DNA of 64,000 nt from Proteobacteria bacterium CAG:495 (GTDB lineage Bacteria; Pseudomonadota; Alphaproteobacteria; RF32; CAG-239): the NCBI GenBank assembly GCA_000432275.1, contig HF995302.1, positions 8,589-72,588 on the forward strand, read 5' to 3'. Both the position numbers and the translations under genes were made by a program. The stretch's first letter is position 1. The number at the start of each line of letters is the position of its first letter. Shown piece after piece: positions 9,786-18,067 of this stretch. The notes beneath the pieces are model-generated. The model was not told where the DNA came from. It searched no databases and saw nothing but the letters and a program-made list of their open reading frames with translations.

Positions 9786-10598
9786 TCAAAACGAATAAAC
9801 TACAAGCCTCCCCTCCCCCTCAAAAATTTGTTTGATCTTTAGTACAAAAAAATCCCGGAATGCGGATGCAAACCGGGATAAAATTAAAAACGTCTTTGCT
9901 CCTACCGCCGCGCCGTACTCGCACGTCGTATAGCCTTCGCACGGATTTTCCTTTATTTTGTATTTTTTTCCCTCACAGCTGTCGCAGCTCCCGTTTGATA
10001 CATACCCATCGGGTATCTCATCATAATCGTAACCGCTGCACATATTGCAGCACGTACCGTAATCCGTATCATATTTGCAACGGCCACCTTCTTCCAGACG
10101 CCAGCCCTCCGGGCAGTCCTTGGTATAGCCGGTACACGCTTCCTCAACGTCGAGCTTGCAGTCTTTATATTTGTTTCCGCTGCCGTCGTTACACGCCGTC
10201 CCTTCCGGATAATACGGCGGCTGACAGTTGCTGTCCGTATACTTGTAATCTTCCGTACAACGGCAGTTCTTGTAACAGCTCAGCGTATTTGTCACAAAAA
10301 CGTATTCTCCGGTTTGTCCCACGCCGCAGGAGGACTGGTAACCGTAATCGCTGCATCGTTGTTCCTTGTCGCCTCCGCCGGGCTCATCCGTTGAGCCGCG
10401 TTTGCTCATATGGTTCTGCCAATCCGGCAGCCACCAGGTTGCGGCTACCTTATATTCAGTACCGGGCTCCGAAACTGAGGCGGTGTGTGTATTAATGTGG
10501 GGAATGTGGTCGCTGAGAAAATTTCCAGCGGCTTCTTTCAATGGCATCATGGTCATCAGACAACCCGCTGCCAATATGCTCAACTTATGTATTCTCAT
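9786..10598 (-). CDS. secreted cysteine-rich protein, paralogue of 54680-55501; C-terminus replaced by terminator-derived sequence
   Basis: The N-terminus looks like a signal peptide. 18 Cys align one-to-one with the paralogue (LSCYKNCRC.., EACTGYTKDCPEGWRLEEGGRCKYDTDYGTCCNMC..). Homology stops at ..EYGAAVGAK, where the 43-nt hairpin element begins. Confidence 0.6.
   Translation of the reverse strand: MRIHKLSILAAGCLMTMMPLKEAAGNFLSDHIPHINTHTASVSEPGTEYKVAATWWLPDWQNHMSKRGSTDEPGGGDKEQRCSDYGYQSSCGVGQTGEYVFVTNTLSCYKNCRCTEDYKYTDSNCQPPYYPEGTACNDGSGNKYKDCKLDVEEACTGYTKDCPEGWRLEEGGRCKYDTDYGTCCNMCSGYDYDEIPDGYVSNGSCDSCEGKKYKIKENPCEGYTTCEYGAAVGAKTFLILSRFASAFRDFFVLKIKQIFEGEGRLVVYSF
9843..9890 (-). terminator. 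intrinsic-terminator hairpin, copy A of a 43-nt element identical to 14948-14990
   Basis: Minus strand reads ATCCCGG-14 nt loop-CCGGGAT followed by T7. The core 9848-9890 is identical to 14948-14990. This copy lies inside the ORF above. Confidence 0.6.
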
Positions 10599-10944
10599 CG
10601 GCCAAATCCTTTTTCGTTTCGGAACCCGTGGGGAAGTAGCTTTCTATTCAACTTCCTTATTGTTGAGAATAGCATATCTTGAGTTTATTATCAATAATTA
10701 TTTATACCCTATAGACTAAAAATTTAAGATATCCTTAGAATTTCAAGCCTTAGAGCAAATATATCAGTATTATTTGGTTATAACAAACAACCGTTAATTG
10801 GTATATAACAATAGTAAACATAAAAACTATTAATATATACCTAACAAAGTATACAATTGGCAGAAATTATTTTTCAGCTTTCACTTGTATAATTTCATAA
10901 AACGTCTACATTGAAACATATCAACCCTGCAAGGAGAAAAGAAG

Positions 10945-11544
10945 ATGAACGACTGCCTGGAACAACTTGCCGAAAAAAGACGCTCCATATACAATCTGGG
11001 GCGCCGGCCGGTTATGAATGAAGACGAAATCGCCGAACTGGTCAGACATTGCGTCAAATTCAGCCCCTCTGCGTTCAACTCCCAGCCCTGCAGGGTAGTT
11101 GTTTTGTTTGGCGCCGATTCGCACCGTTTGTGGGAACTCACCCTTGCCGAACTGAAAAAAGTCACCCCGCCCGAACGCTTTGCCGCTACGGAAGCAAAAA
11201 TCCGTTCCTTTGACGCAGGCCTCGGCACAATTTTGTTTTTCAACGATTCGGAAACCACCGCAAACCTGCAGCAGAAATTTCCCTTATACGCTGACAAGTT
11301 TCCCCTCTGGGCAGAACAAGCCTCCGGCATCCTGCAATATCTCATATGGACCTCGTTTGCCGAACATGACCTCGGCGCTTCGCTCCAACACTACAATCCG
11401 TTGATTGACGACGCGGTCAAAAAAGCCTGGAATCTCCCCGAAGGATGGAAACTTATTGCACAAATGCCTTTCGGCTCGATTGAAGCTCCCGCAGATGCCA
11501 AAACGTTTATTCCGGTTGAAGAGCGCGTCATCATCGTAAAATAG
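10945..11544 (+). CDS. nitroreductase family protein
   Basis: 199 aa; LAEKRRSIYNLG.., SPSAFNSQPCRVVVL is the typical nitroreductase N-terminal pattern. Confidence 0.75.
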   Translation: MNDCLEQLAEKRRSIYNLGRRPVMNEDEIAELVRHCVKFSPSAFNSQPCRVVVLFGADSHRLWELTLAELKKVTPPERFAATEAKIRSFDAGLGTILFFNDSETTANLQQKFPLYADKFPLWAEQASGILQYLIWTSFAEHDLGASLQHYNPLIDDAVKKAWNLPEGWKLIAQMPFGSIEAPADAKTFIPVEERVIIVK

Positions 11545-11622
11545 CCGATAGGAATTTACTCCTTAACATAAAATTAATCATTTTGTCCCTATTCTGTAGC
11601 ATAACAGCAATAAGGACAAGCT

Positions 11623-12402
11623 ATGGAAAAATCTACATTTATCGGATTGACAATGGGTCTTGCCGCCGTCGGCGTCGGTATGGCTCTCAAAGGTGCCGAT
11701 CCTCACTCTTTAATTAATCCTGCTGCATTTCTCATCATTTTCGTCGGAACCGCGGCGGCTATTTTCAACGCTTTTCCCATGAGCGAAATTCGCAAGTTTC
11801 CAACGCTCATCCGCATTATCTTCACCGGCACTAAATTCCCTTCCAAACAAGAAGTTCTCGAACTCTTCGTTTCCGTTGCCAAAGCTGCAAAATCAGAAGG
11901 CGTCATGGCTATTGAAAAACGTGCCAATGAAGTTGAAGACCCTTTCATCCGTTCGGCCATGACCATGGTTGCCGACGGATTCAACGGCGAATTTATCAGC
12001 AGCGTAATTGATGCCGAAATCAAACAAATGGAAGAACGCCACCGCTCGGGAGCCTCTATCTTTGCCCAATGCGGTATGTATGCCCCCACCCTCGGCGTGC
12101 TCGGCGCCGTCATCGGCCTGATTGCGGCACTGGGCAACCTCTCCGATATTGACAAACTCGGACACTCCATCGCCGCCGCTTTCGTGGCTACCCTGCTCGG
12201 TATCTTCACCGGATACGTCTGCTGGCACCCCTTTGCCAACAAACTGAAACAAATCAACGCCCAGGAGGTCGAAATCCGCAAAATGGTGTTGGAGGGGGCG
12301 CTTGCCCTTCAGGAAGGAGCGTCGTCTCTGGCCATGGAAGCCCGCCTGCAGGCATTCATCCCCCTTTCCGAACGAAAATCGCTGCGTGATGCAAAGGATT
12401 AA
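11623..12402 (+). CDS. motA: MotA/PomA-type stator protein (MotA/TolQ/ExbB proton-channel family)
   Basis: 259 aa with a 4-TM layout. APTLGVLGAVIGLIAALG and AAAFVATLLGIFTGY are the typical C-terminal TM pair. Confidence 0.75.
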   Translation: MEKSTFIGLTMGLAAVGVGMALKGADPHSLINPAAFLIIFVGTAAAIFNAFPMSEIRKFPTLIRIIFTGTKFPSKQEVLELFVSVAKAAKSEGVMAIEKRANEVEDPFIRSAMTMVADGFNGEFISSVIDAEIKQMEERHRSGASIFAQCGMYAPTLGVLGAVIGLIAALGNLSDIDKLGHSIAAAFVATLLGIFTGYVCWHPFANKLKQINAQEVEIRKMVLEGALALQEGASSLAMEARLQAFIPLSERKSLRDAKD

Positions 12403-12405
12403 CCC

Positions 12406-13083
12406 ATGGCAAAAATGGTCAAAAAGAAACCGGATACTCCCCCGCACGAAGAACATGCCGACGAAACTTGGCTGATACCATATTCGGACCTGTTGACGCT
12501 CCTTTTGGCCTTGTTTATCGTTCTGTTTGCATCTTCCAGCCTGGACAAGGACAAAGCGGCCCAAATTCAATATGCCTTGGCCGCCGGCTTTAACACGCTG
12601 CCTCAAGACAAACTCAGCGGCACCATTTTGAACTTTTTGCAAGACGCCAAAGACCTCCGGCTTGAAGACGACAATGTCATCATTGCTGCCGACGCCGAGG
12701 GCGCCACGCTGGAAATCAACAGCATCAGTCTTTTTGCTCCCGGAAGCACCGCAATCCGTGAAGAGGCGGTTCCGCTCCTGAACAAAATCACCCGCCTGCT
12801 CGACAGCAACAAATACCGCCGTCACCGCATTGTCGTAGAGGGTCACACCGACGACACCAACGAAGGCGATCCCAAACTTTATCCCTCCAACTGGGAGCTT
12901 TCGGCAGCCCGAGCCGGTGCCGTGGTCAGAACAATGAAAGCTTTGGGAACCGACGAAAGCCGCTTCAAAGCAGTCGGTATGGCCGGAATATCTCCGGCGC
13001 ATCCCAACCTTAATCCCTATGGCGAACCAATCCCTGCCAATCGTTACCTAAACCGCAGGGTCATAATCCGAATTGAATTTTAG
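12406..13083 (+). CDS. motB: MotB-type stator protein with OmpA-like peptidoglycan-binding domain
   Basis: 225 aa. ETWLIPYSDLLTLLLALFIVLF is a plug/TM with the conserved Asp. The OmpA-like C-terminus reads GHTD...NWELSAARA...NRRVIIRI. Confidence 0.75.
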   Translation: MAKMVKKKPDTPPHEEHADETWLIPYSDLLTLLLALFIVLFASSSLDKDKAAQIQYALAAGFNTLPQDKLSGTILNFLQDAKDLRLEDDNVIIAADAEGATLEINSISLFAPGSTAIREEAVPLLNKITRLLDSNKYRRHRIVVEGHTDDTNEGDPKLYPSNWELSAARAGAVVRTMKALGTDESRFKAVGMAGISPAHPNLNPYGEPIPANRYLNRRVIIRIEF

Positions 13084-13838
13084 AGCTTGTCCAACGGTGC
13101 GTCTTTTAACCCGAGCCGCCCGACAAAAGGCAGTTTCAAAGCCGGACGATAGAAATCTATGCCGAAATTGAGCCCCAAAATGTTCAGCTCGATTCCTTCT
13201 GCCTTGCCCAGCGTAATTCCCAGCGCGCCGTAAACAGAAAACTGATAACCGGAACCGCTTTCGCTGGGGCCGAAAAAGCGGCCGTCGTCAATCCAGTCTT
13301 TGCCGATGGCGTGCGGAGGCAGTTCAACCGTCAGCTCCGGAACATGACGGATAATATGAGAAACGAAAGTGTTGCTGTTGGGGCCGGGCCAAATCCGGTA
13401 AACACGGTTATAAGGATATTCCGCCACCAGTTTTTTTATCTGCGTTATGGCTCTCTCCGCCTTCTCGCCCCTGAGTTCTTCAATCAGTTCCGGCTCGGCG
13501 CCGAACCATCTGCGGTCAGGAATGTCTTTCTTGACGGAAACCGCCTCTCCGCCCCGAAAAACCCGATATCCCATCACCTGATAAGTCTCGTAATAATCAG
13601 CGTCCTTTTCCTTGGTTGCAATCCAGCTGTGAACCGACAGCCAGCCTTTCCAGTTGATTGTCCGCGCGGCATAAACCTGAACCACGGCCGCTTTCTCCTC
13701 TTGCGGCAGCGGAGCCAGACCGGCACTGCTGCGGTCGGCTTCCCACCATTTTACCGGGCGGTAGAACAAAACCATGGCCAAAACAGCTGCCATCACCAAC
13801 AATCCTATTCTCAAAAATTTTTTCCGTTTAAGCATCAT
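13080..13838 (-). CDS. DUF3750-like membrane-anchored protein
   Basis: 252 aa with an N-terminal TM segment. VQVYAARTINWKGWLSVHSWIATK..YYETYQVMGY resembles DUF3750, as recalled from memory. Confidence 0.5.
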   Translation of the reverse strand: MMLKRKKFLRIGLLVMAAVLAMVLFYRPVKWWEADRSSAGLAPLPQEEKAAVVQVYAARTINWKGWLSVHSWIATKEKDADYYETYQVMGYRVFRGGEAVSVKKDIPDRRWFGAEPELIEELRGEKAERAITQIKKLVAEYPYNRVYRIWPGPNSNTFVSHIIRHVPELTVELPPHAIGKDWIDDGRFFGPSESGSGYQFSVYGALGITLGKAEGIELNILGLNFGIDFYRPALKLPFVGRLGLKDAPLDKL

Positions 13839-13898
13839 CTCTTATATATCCGTTTAATTGCAAAATAAAAGCCCCGGTCTGCGGGGCTTTTGTTCCGC

Positions 13899-14864
13899 CT
13901 AAGCATTTGGGTTGCGCCTTAGCTTCACAATTGAGAAGAACATTCCCGCAAACAAAATCGAAAACGTAATCGCCAGTGAGTGAGCCGGCTGCAACTCAAT
14001 TCCGAAATACGGCAGAAAAATCTTCAGGCCGATAAAAATCAACACGACGGACAAAGCCTGCTTGAGATAAACAAACTTGTTTACTGCCGCCTCCAGCAAG
14101 AAGTACAAGGCACGCAGCCCCAAAATGGCAAAGATGTTGCTGGTGTAGATAATAAACACGTCTTGCGTAATCAAAAAGATTGCCGGAATGCTGTCCAATG
14201 CAAAAATAACATCCATCGTCTCAATGATAATCAGAGCAAAAAACAACGGCGTAATATAATGATGTCCGCCTTTTTTAATAAAGAAATGTGCCCCGTGAAT
14301 CTCATGCGTCACATGAAACATTTTTGACACCAGCTTATACAGACGGCTGTCCTTCAGACTTTTGGCTTCTTCCTTGGCCGGCAGAATCATCTTGACGCCG
14401 GTGTACAGCAAAAATGCCGAAAAAATATACAATACCCAATGGAATTGACGAATTAAAGCGTCACCGACCAAAATCAGCACCGCACGCATCACAATCGCGC
14501 CCAGAATGCCCCAGAACAACACCCGGTGCTGATACATCCGCGGCACTCCCAACGTGGTAAAAATCAGCGACATAATGAAAACATTGTCCAGAGACAAACT
14601 CTTTTCCACCAGAAAACCGGTAAAAAACAGCATTCCCTTGTCAAAGCCCTCTTCATACATCACAAATACGCCGAAGACACAGGCCGCCAGAATATAAACA
14701 ATACAAACCACCAGCGTATGCATAAAATTCGGCACTTCGTTTTTACGGTTGAAAAACAGCAGATCCCACAACAGCAGAACCAAAACCGCAACCCCGAAAA
14801 TAACCCACATCCAAAACTCCGGCAACACCGCATGATGCGTAAACAGGTCAACTAACTTTTCCAT
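13899..14864 (-). CDS. TerC family integral membrane protein
   Basis: 321 aa and multi-pass. EKSLSLDNVF and ALDSIPAIF match the paired TerC motifs. Confidence 0.85.
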   Translation of the reverse strand: MEKLVDLFTHHAVLPEFWMWVIFGVAVLVLLLWDLLFFNRKNEVPNFMHTLVVCIVYILAACVFGVFVMYEEGFDKGMLFFTGFLVEKSLSLDNVFIMSLIFTTLGVPRMYQHRVLFWGILGAIVMRAVLILVGDALIRQFHWVLYIFSAFLLYTGVKMILPAKEEAKSLKDSRLYKLVSKMFHVTHEIHGAHFFIKKGGHHYITPLFFALIIIETMDVIFALDSIPAIFLITQDVFIIYTSNIFAILGLRALYFLLEAAVNKFVYLKQALSVVLIFIGLKIFLPYFGIELQPAHSLAITFSILFAGMFFSIVKLRRNPNA

Positions 14865-14891
14865 AGATTACTCCTTTGACAAACTGCTTTT

Positions 14892-14921
14892 TTTATAGGC
14901 TGATTGCCCGCATCTTGTCAA
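14892..14921 (-). promoter_or_regulatory. candidate sigma70-type promoter for the TerC gene
   Basis: Minus strand: TTGACA (14921-14916), an 18-nt spacer, TATAAA (14897-14892). It lies about 30 nt upstream of the ATG region. Confidence 0.35.
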
Positions 14922-14944
14922 CGGCAATTCCCTCTTTATACAGA

Positions 14945-14990
14945 TACAAAAATCCCGGAATGCGGATGCAAACCGGGATAAAATTAAAAA
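14945..14990 (-). terminator. intrinsic terminator, copy B of the 43-nt hairpin element
   Basis: Starts 4 nt after the stop of the DUF1566-type ORF (14994). Same ATCCCGG/CCGGGAT hairpin, followed by T5. Confidence 0.65.
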
Positions 14991-14993
14991 AAG

Positions 14994-15518
14994 CTAAATT
15001 TTGAATTCAACCGCACAGCGAACGCGGTAACTGAAAGTCTTATAGTAGCGGTACATGAGGCTGTCGGACGGTCTGACGACCCACGCGACGTTACCGTAGC
15101 TGTAGCCCTCGGACGAAGACCAATAAAAAGCTTCATCCAGCAAACAATTTCCGGACAAACCTCCGGAATTAAGCAAGGCAAATGATTCGCGCAACTTTTT
15201 CCGATTACCGAAAATATGCTTAAGCTCTTCTTTATTCGGCAGAAAACCCGTACCGGCTTTAATGCCGTCAAAAGTATATTCCGCACACCATTCGGCTGCT
15301 TCCGCATTTTTATGTCTTTCTTTGGCCGCTTTTAATATCAGAGCCGTTGCCTCTTTGCCGCTAAGTTCGCTAAGTCCCAATAATACCTTGATATAAAGCC
15401 AGCCGCTCGACCATGGCAACATAGCTTCCCGCAATCCCAAAGCCAACCCGTGGTTCTTTTCTACACAGCCGACAATTGCCGAAACCTGATTGTCTTTTAT
15501 CAGTTCCGGAAATATCAA
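14994..15518 (-). CDS. DUF1566 (Lcl C-terminal-like) domain ORF; probably the 3' half of a frameshifted gene
   Basis: The C-terminus LPNKEELKHIF...FYWSSSEGYSYGNVAWVV...YRVRCAVEF fits the DUF1566 pattern. The track start is a TTG inside repeat copy 2. The ORF overlaps the upstream ORF by 149 nt in another frame. Confidence 0.5.
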   Translation of the reverse strand: MIFPELIKDNQVSAIVGCVEKNHGLALGLREAMLPWSSGWLYIKVLLGLSELSGKEATALILKAAKERHKNAEAAEWCAEYTFDGIKAGTGFLPNKEELKHIFGNRKKLRESFALLNSGGLSGNCLLDEAFYWSSSEGYSYGNVAWVVRPSDSLMYRYYKTFSYRVRCAVEFKI

Positions 15519-15826
15519 ACCGTCTGCGTAATAAAACTATAAAACCCGTGCCGGCTTTAATGCCGTCAAAAGCATATTCCGCACACCATTCGGCCGCTTC
15601 TGCATTTTCATGTTTTTCTTTGGCTGTTTTCAGTATCAGAGACGTTGCCTCTTTACCTCTAAGTCCTGATGGCATATCGACATAAAGCCAAGTACTCGAC
15701 CACGGAAGTTCCGTTTCCCGTAATCCCAAAGCCAACCCGTGGTTCCTGTCTACGCAGCCGACAATCGCCGAAACCTGACTGTCTTTTATCAGTTCCGGGA
15801 ATATTAAGCCGTCTGCGTAATAAAAC
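15243..15826 (-). repeat. imperfect tandem duplication (copy 2 at 15243-15537, copy 1 at 15541-15826; roughly 85% identity by eye)
   Basis: The marker CCGTCTGCGTAATAAAAC occurs at 15520 and 15809, so the period is 289 nt (3n+1). One 9-nt indel separates the copies. Confidence 0.8.
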
Positions 15827-16098
15827 ATCCCCGGCGCAATCTTCTTCGGCGTTACAAACTTCTTAGACGGGATAAAATTCATATCCTGAAAAGTTGTTTT
15901 TCTGCCAACAGGACACAATTGTTGTAAAAACTCTGCGCTGATTTGATTGTTCTCATACCAGCTCTTTTTCCCCAAAGAACACAACTGTTGCAAAAACTCT
16001 GCGCTGATTTGATTGTTCTCATACCAGCTCTTTACTACTGCTTCTGCCGTTAAACCGCTTTCAGCCAATGCAGAATTTAAAATATCAATTTTTTTCAT
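15370..16098 (-). CDS. N-terminal half of the same DUF1566-type gene, running out of frame after repeat copy 1
   Basis: 242 aa. It contains a 22-aa tandem repeat (KSWYENNQISAEFLQQLC..) and copy 1 of the ~96-aa unit. After ..GIKAGTGF the frame no longer matches copy 2. Confidence 0.5.
   Translation of the reverse strand: MKKIDILNSALAESGLTAEAVVKSWYENNQISAEFLQQLCSLGKKSWYENNQISAEFLQQLCPVGRKTTFQDMNFIPSKKFVTPKKIAPGMFYYADGLIFPELIKDSQVSAIVGCVDRNHGLALGLRETELPWSSTWLYVDMPSGLRGKEATSLILKTAKEKHENAEAAEWCAEYAFDGIKAGTGFIVLLRRRFDISGTDKRQSGFGNCRLCRKEPRVGFGIAGSYVAMVERLALYQGIIGT
15913..16033 (-). repeat. 66-bp in-frame tandem repeat x2
   Basis: A 55-nt core (ACACAAyTGTTGyAAAAACTCTGCGCTGATTTGATTGTTCTCATACCAGCTCTTT) starts at 15913 and again at 15979. 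Confidence 0.85.
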
Positions 16099-16230
16099 AA
16101 TACAATATATTAAAATTAATAATAGGCATCATTGTTTTGTAAGTTGTTTCAAACCTATAACATTATTCCCACTCTGTCAATGACACATAGGACAAAAGTA
16201 ATGGTCTTTATATGGTGAATTATATAACCC

Positions 16231-16260
16231 ATAAAATAAAACCCTGCATATTGCAGGGTA
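16231..16260 (-). terminator. intrinsic terminator after the MerR-family gene
   Basis: Minus strand: ACCCTGCA-ATA-TGCAGGGT followed by TTTTATTTTAT. Confidence 0.6.
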
Positions 16261-16268
16261 GGGAATGG

Positions 16269-16682
16269 TTATTTTTTTTCAGCTCTTGCCAATGCGGTAC
16301 TAAGTTCGCTGCGCATATCTTTCAACTGGCTTAGCAAACCGCTGATTAATGCTCTGCCGTTTTCATCCAAAACGGTTTTTTCCGCTTTGTCGGCAAAAAA
16401 GTCTTTTTGAATTTCATCACCGACAACGGCTTTTACGCCTTTTTCCTTAAAAACTTTTTGGACGCCTTCGATTGTATAGCGTTTCTCATACAAATAATCG
16501 CGAATGGTCTTGACCAGCTCAACGTCATCGGGACGATAATAACGCCGTCCGCCGCTGCGTTTCATCGGTTTTATCTGAGGAAATTTGGTTTCCCAAAAGC
16601 GCAGCACATGCGTAGCAACTCCGAGTTCTTCAGCAACTTCGGCAATTGTACGAAATGCTGCCTTGCTTTTGTTTACAACCAT
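16269..16682 (-). CDS. MerR family transcriptional regulator
   Basis: 137 aa. [37 protein letters not shown] is a MerR-type HTH. It sits downstream of ihfA, as is typical in alphaproteobacteria. Confidence 0.8.
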   Translation of the reverse strand: MVVNKSKAAFRTIAEVAEELGVATHVLRFWETKFPQIKPMKRSGGRRYYRPDDVELVKTIRDYLYEKRYTIEGVQKVFKEKGVKAVVGDEIQKDFFADKAEKTVLDENGRALISGLLSQLKDMRSELSTALARAEKK

Positions 16683-16699
16683 GGAAACGTCCTTTAAAG

Positions 16700-16984
16700 T
16701 TATGCGTTGATTGTTTTGCGCATTGTCTGAGACGGTTTAAATGAAATTACCTTGCGCGGGCTGATGATTGCTTCTACGCCGGTTTTAGGGTTGCGGCCTG
16801 AGCGCTCCTTTTTTTGGCGCAAGGAAAAAGTTCCGAACGAAGACAACTTAACATCGTTGCCATTGCTTAATTCTTTAACAATTTCATCAAGAATCATATC
16901 CAGAATGTCTGTAGAATCTTTTCTGGACAGTCCGATTTCTTCATAAATTGTTTCTGCAACATCTGCACGAGTAATTGTTTTCAT
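16700..16984 (-). CDS. ihfA: integration host factor subunit alpha
   Basis: 94 aa; [20 protein letters not shown]...[22 protein letters not shown] is an HU/IHF fold sequence. Confidence 0.85.
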   Translation of the reverse strand: MKTITRADVAETIYEEIGLSRKDSTDILDMILDEIVKELSNGNDVKLSSFGTFSLRQKKERSGRNPKTGVEAIISPRKVISFKPSQTMRKTINA

Positions 16985-17089
16985 CTTTAATCCTTTGTTA
17001 TTTAATAGTATTCAAATTTATGACAAGAATAAGTATACCAGATTTACCTTGGTGACAAGAGTTAATCCACAGTTTTTATAGAATTTTTT

Positions 17090-18067
17090 TTACAGGCGGA
17101 CAACCGCAGCACCCCAGGTAAAGCCGGCGCCCATTGCGGTCAGGACGACACAGTCGCCTTCCTTAATCGTACCGTCTTCCATTTTCTCCGAAAGGGCAAT
17201 GGGAATTGTTGCGGCGGAAGTGTTGCCGTAGCGGGCAATGTTGACGATGACTTTTTCATCGGCGATTCCAAGTTTTTTCCCGACGCCTTCAATAATGCGG
17301 ATGTTAGCCTGGTGAGGAATCAGCCAGTCAACGTCGTCGGCACTGATGCCGGCCTCTTTCATAGCGTCTTCGGCAGCTTGGGGCATACAGTTAACGGCAT
17401 ACTTGAATACTTCTTTACCGTCCATAACAATGTGTCCCGTTGTTTGCGTTCCTGAAACGCCACCGTCGGTCTTCAAATTGTCATAATGATAACCGTCGGC
17501 ATAAATTTTGGTTGCCAAAACGCCGCGGTCTTCAATTGTGCCTGTTCCGTCGGCTGCTCTTAACACAGCGGCACCGGCACCGTCACCGAACAAGACGCAG
17601 GTATTGCGGTCAGTCCAGTCAGTGATTTTTGAAAGAGATTCCGCACCGATAATCAAGGCCGTCTTAACTTGGCCCAGACGAATCATATTATCTGCCATGG
17701 TCAGAGCATATACAAAGCCGGAGCAGGCTGCCGACATATCAAAAGCAATTGTGCCCGGTCTGACGCCCAGACGCGCAGAAACCTTTGCTGCGGTAGAGGG
17801 GGTTGTGTTGTCCGGCGTAATCGTTGCCAAAATAACCATATCCAACTCTTCCGCACTGATATTTGCAGTTTTGAGTGCCATTTCAGCCGCATGAAAAGCC
17901 AGGTCCGAAGTGGTCTCGTTCTCAACGACGCAGCGGGCTTTAATGCCTGTACGGGTAGTAATCCACTCGTCGCTGGTTTCTACGATTTTAGCCATATCGT
18001 CATTGGTTAAAACTTTTTTCGGTGCATAATGACCGTGTCCGATGATTTGTGTTCTAATAGACTTCAT
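17090..18067 (-). CDS. fabH: 3-oxoacyl-ACP synthase III
   Basis: MKSIRTQIIGHGHYAPKKVLTNDD.., active-site AACSGF, ..HQANIRI.., GNTSAATIP. I prefer the ATG at 18067 over the track start 18109. It overlaps the plsX stop by 14 nt. Confidence 0.9.
   Translation of the reverse strand: MKSIRTQIIGHGHYAPKKVLTNDDMAKIVETSDEWITTRTGIKARCVVENETTSDLAFHAAEMALKTANISAEELDMVILATITPDNTTPSTAAKVSARLGVRPGTIAFDMSAACSGFVYALTMADNMIRLGQVKTALIIGAESLSKITDWTDRNTCVLFGDGAGAAVLRAADGTGTIEDRGVLATKIYADGYHYDNLKTDGGVSGTQTTGHIVMDGKEVFKYAVNCMPQAAEDAMKEAGISADDVDWLIPHQANIRIIEGVGKKLGIADEKVIVNIARYGNTSAATIPIALSEKMEDGTIKEGDCVVLTAMGAGFTWGAAVVRL

Noticed and set aside
9805-9822. G-rich tract (GAGGGGGAGGGGAGG on the minus strand) as a G-quadruplex or regulatory element
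   Set aside because: It has too few G-runs for a canonical quadruplex. It lies in the terminator-derived tail of a probably truncated gene.
14865-14944. Possible yybP-ykoY (Mn) riboswitch upstream of the TerC gene
   Set aside because: Only about 80 nt are available. They are better explained by a TTGACA-18-TATAAA promoter and an SD sequence. I could not find the conserved four-helix motif.
15530-15545. Programmed ribosomal frameshift joining the two DUF1566-type ORFs
   Set aside because: There is no slippery heptamer or downstream pseudoknot that I can see at the junction (GGTTTTATAGTTTTATTAC). A decayed tandem duplication is the simpler explanation.
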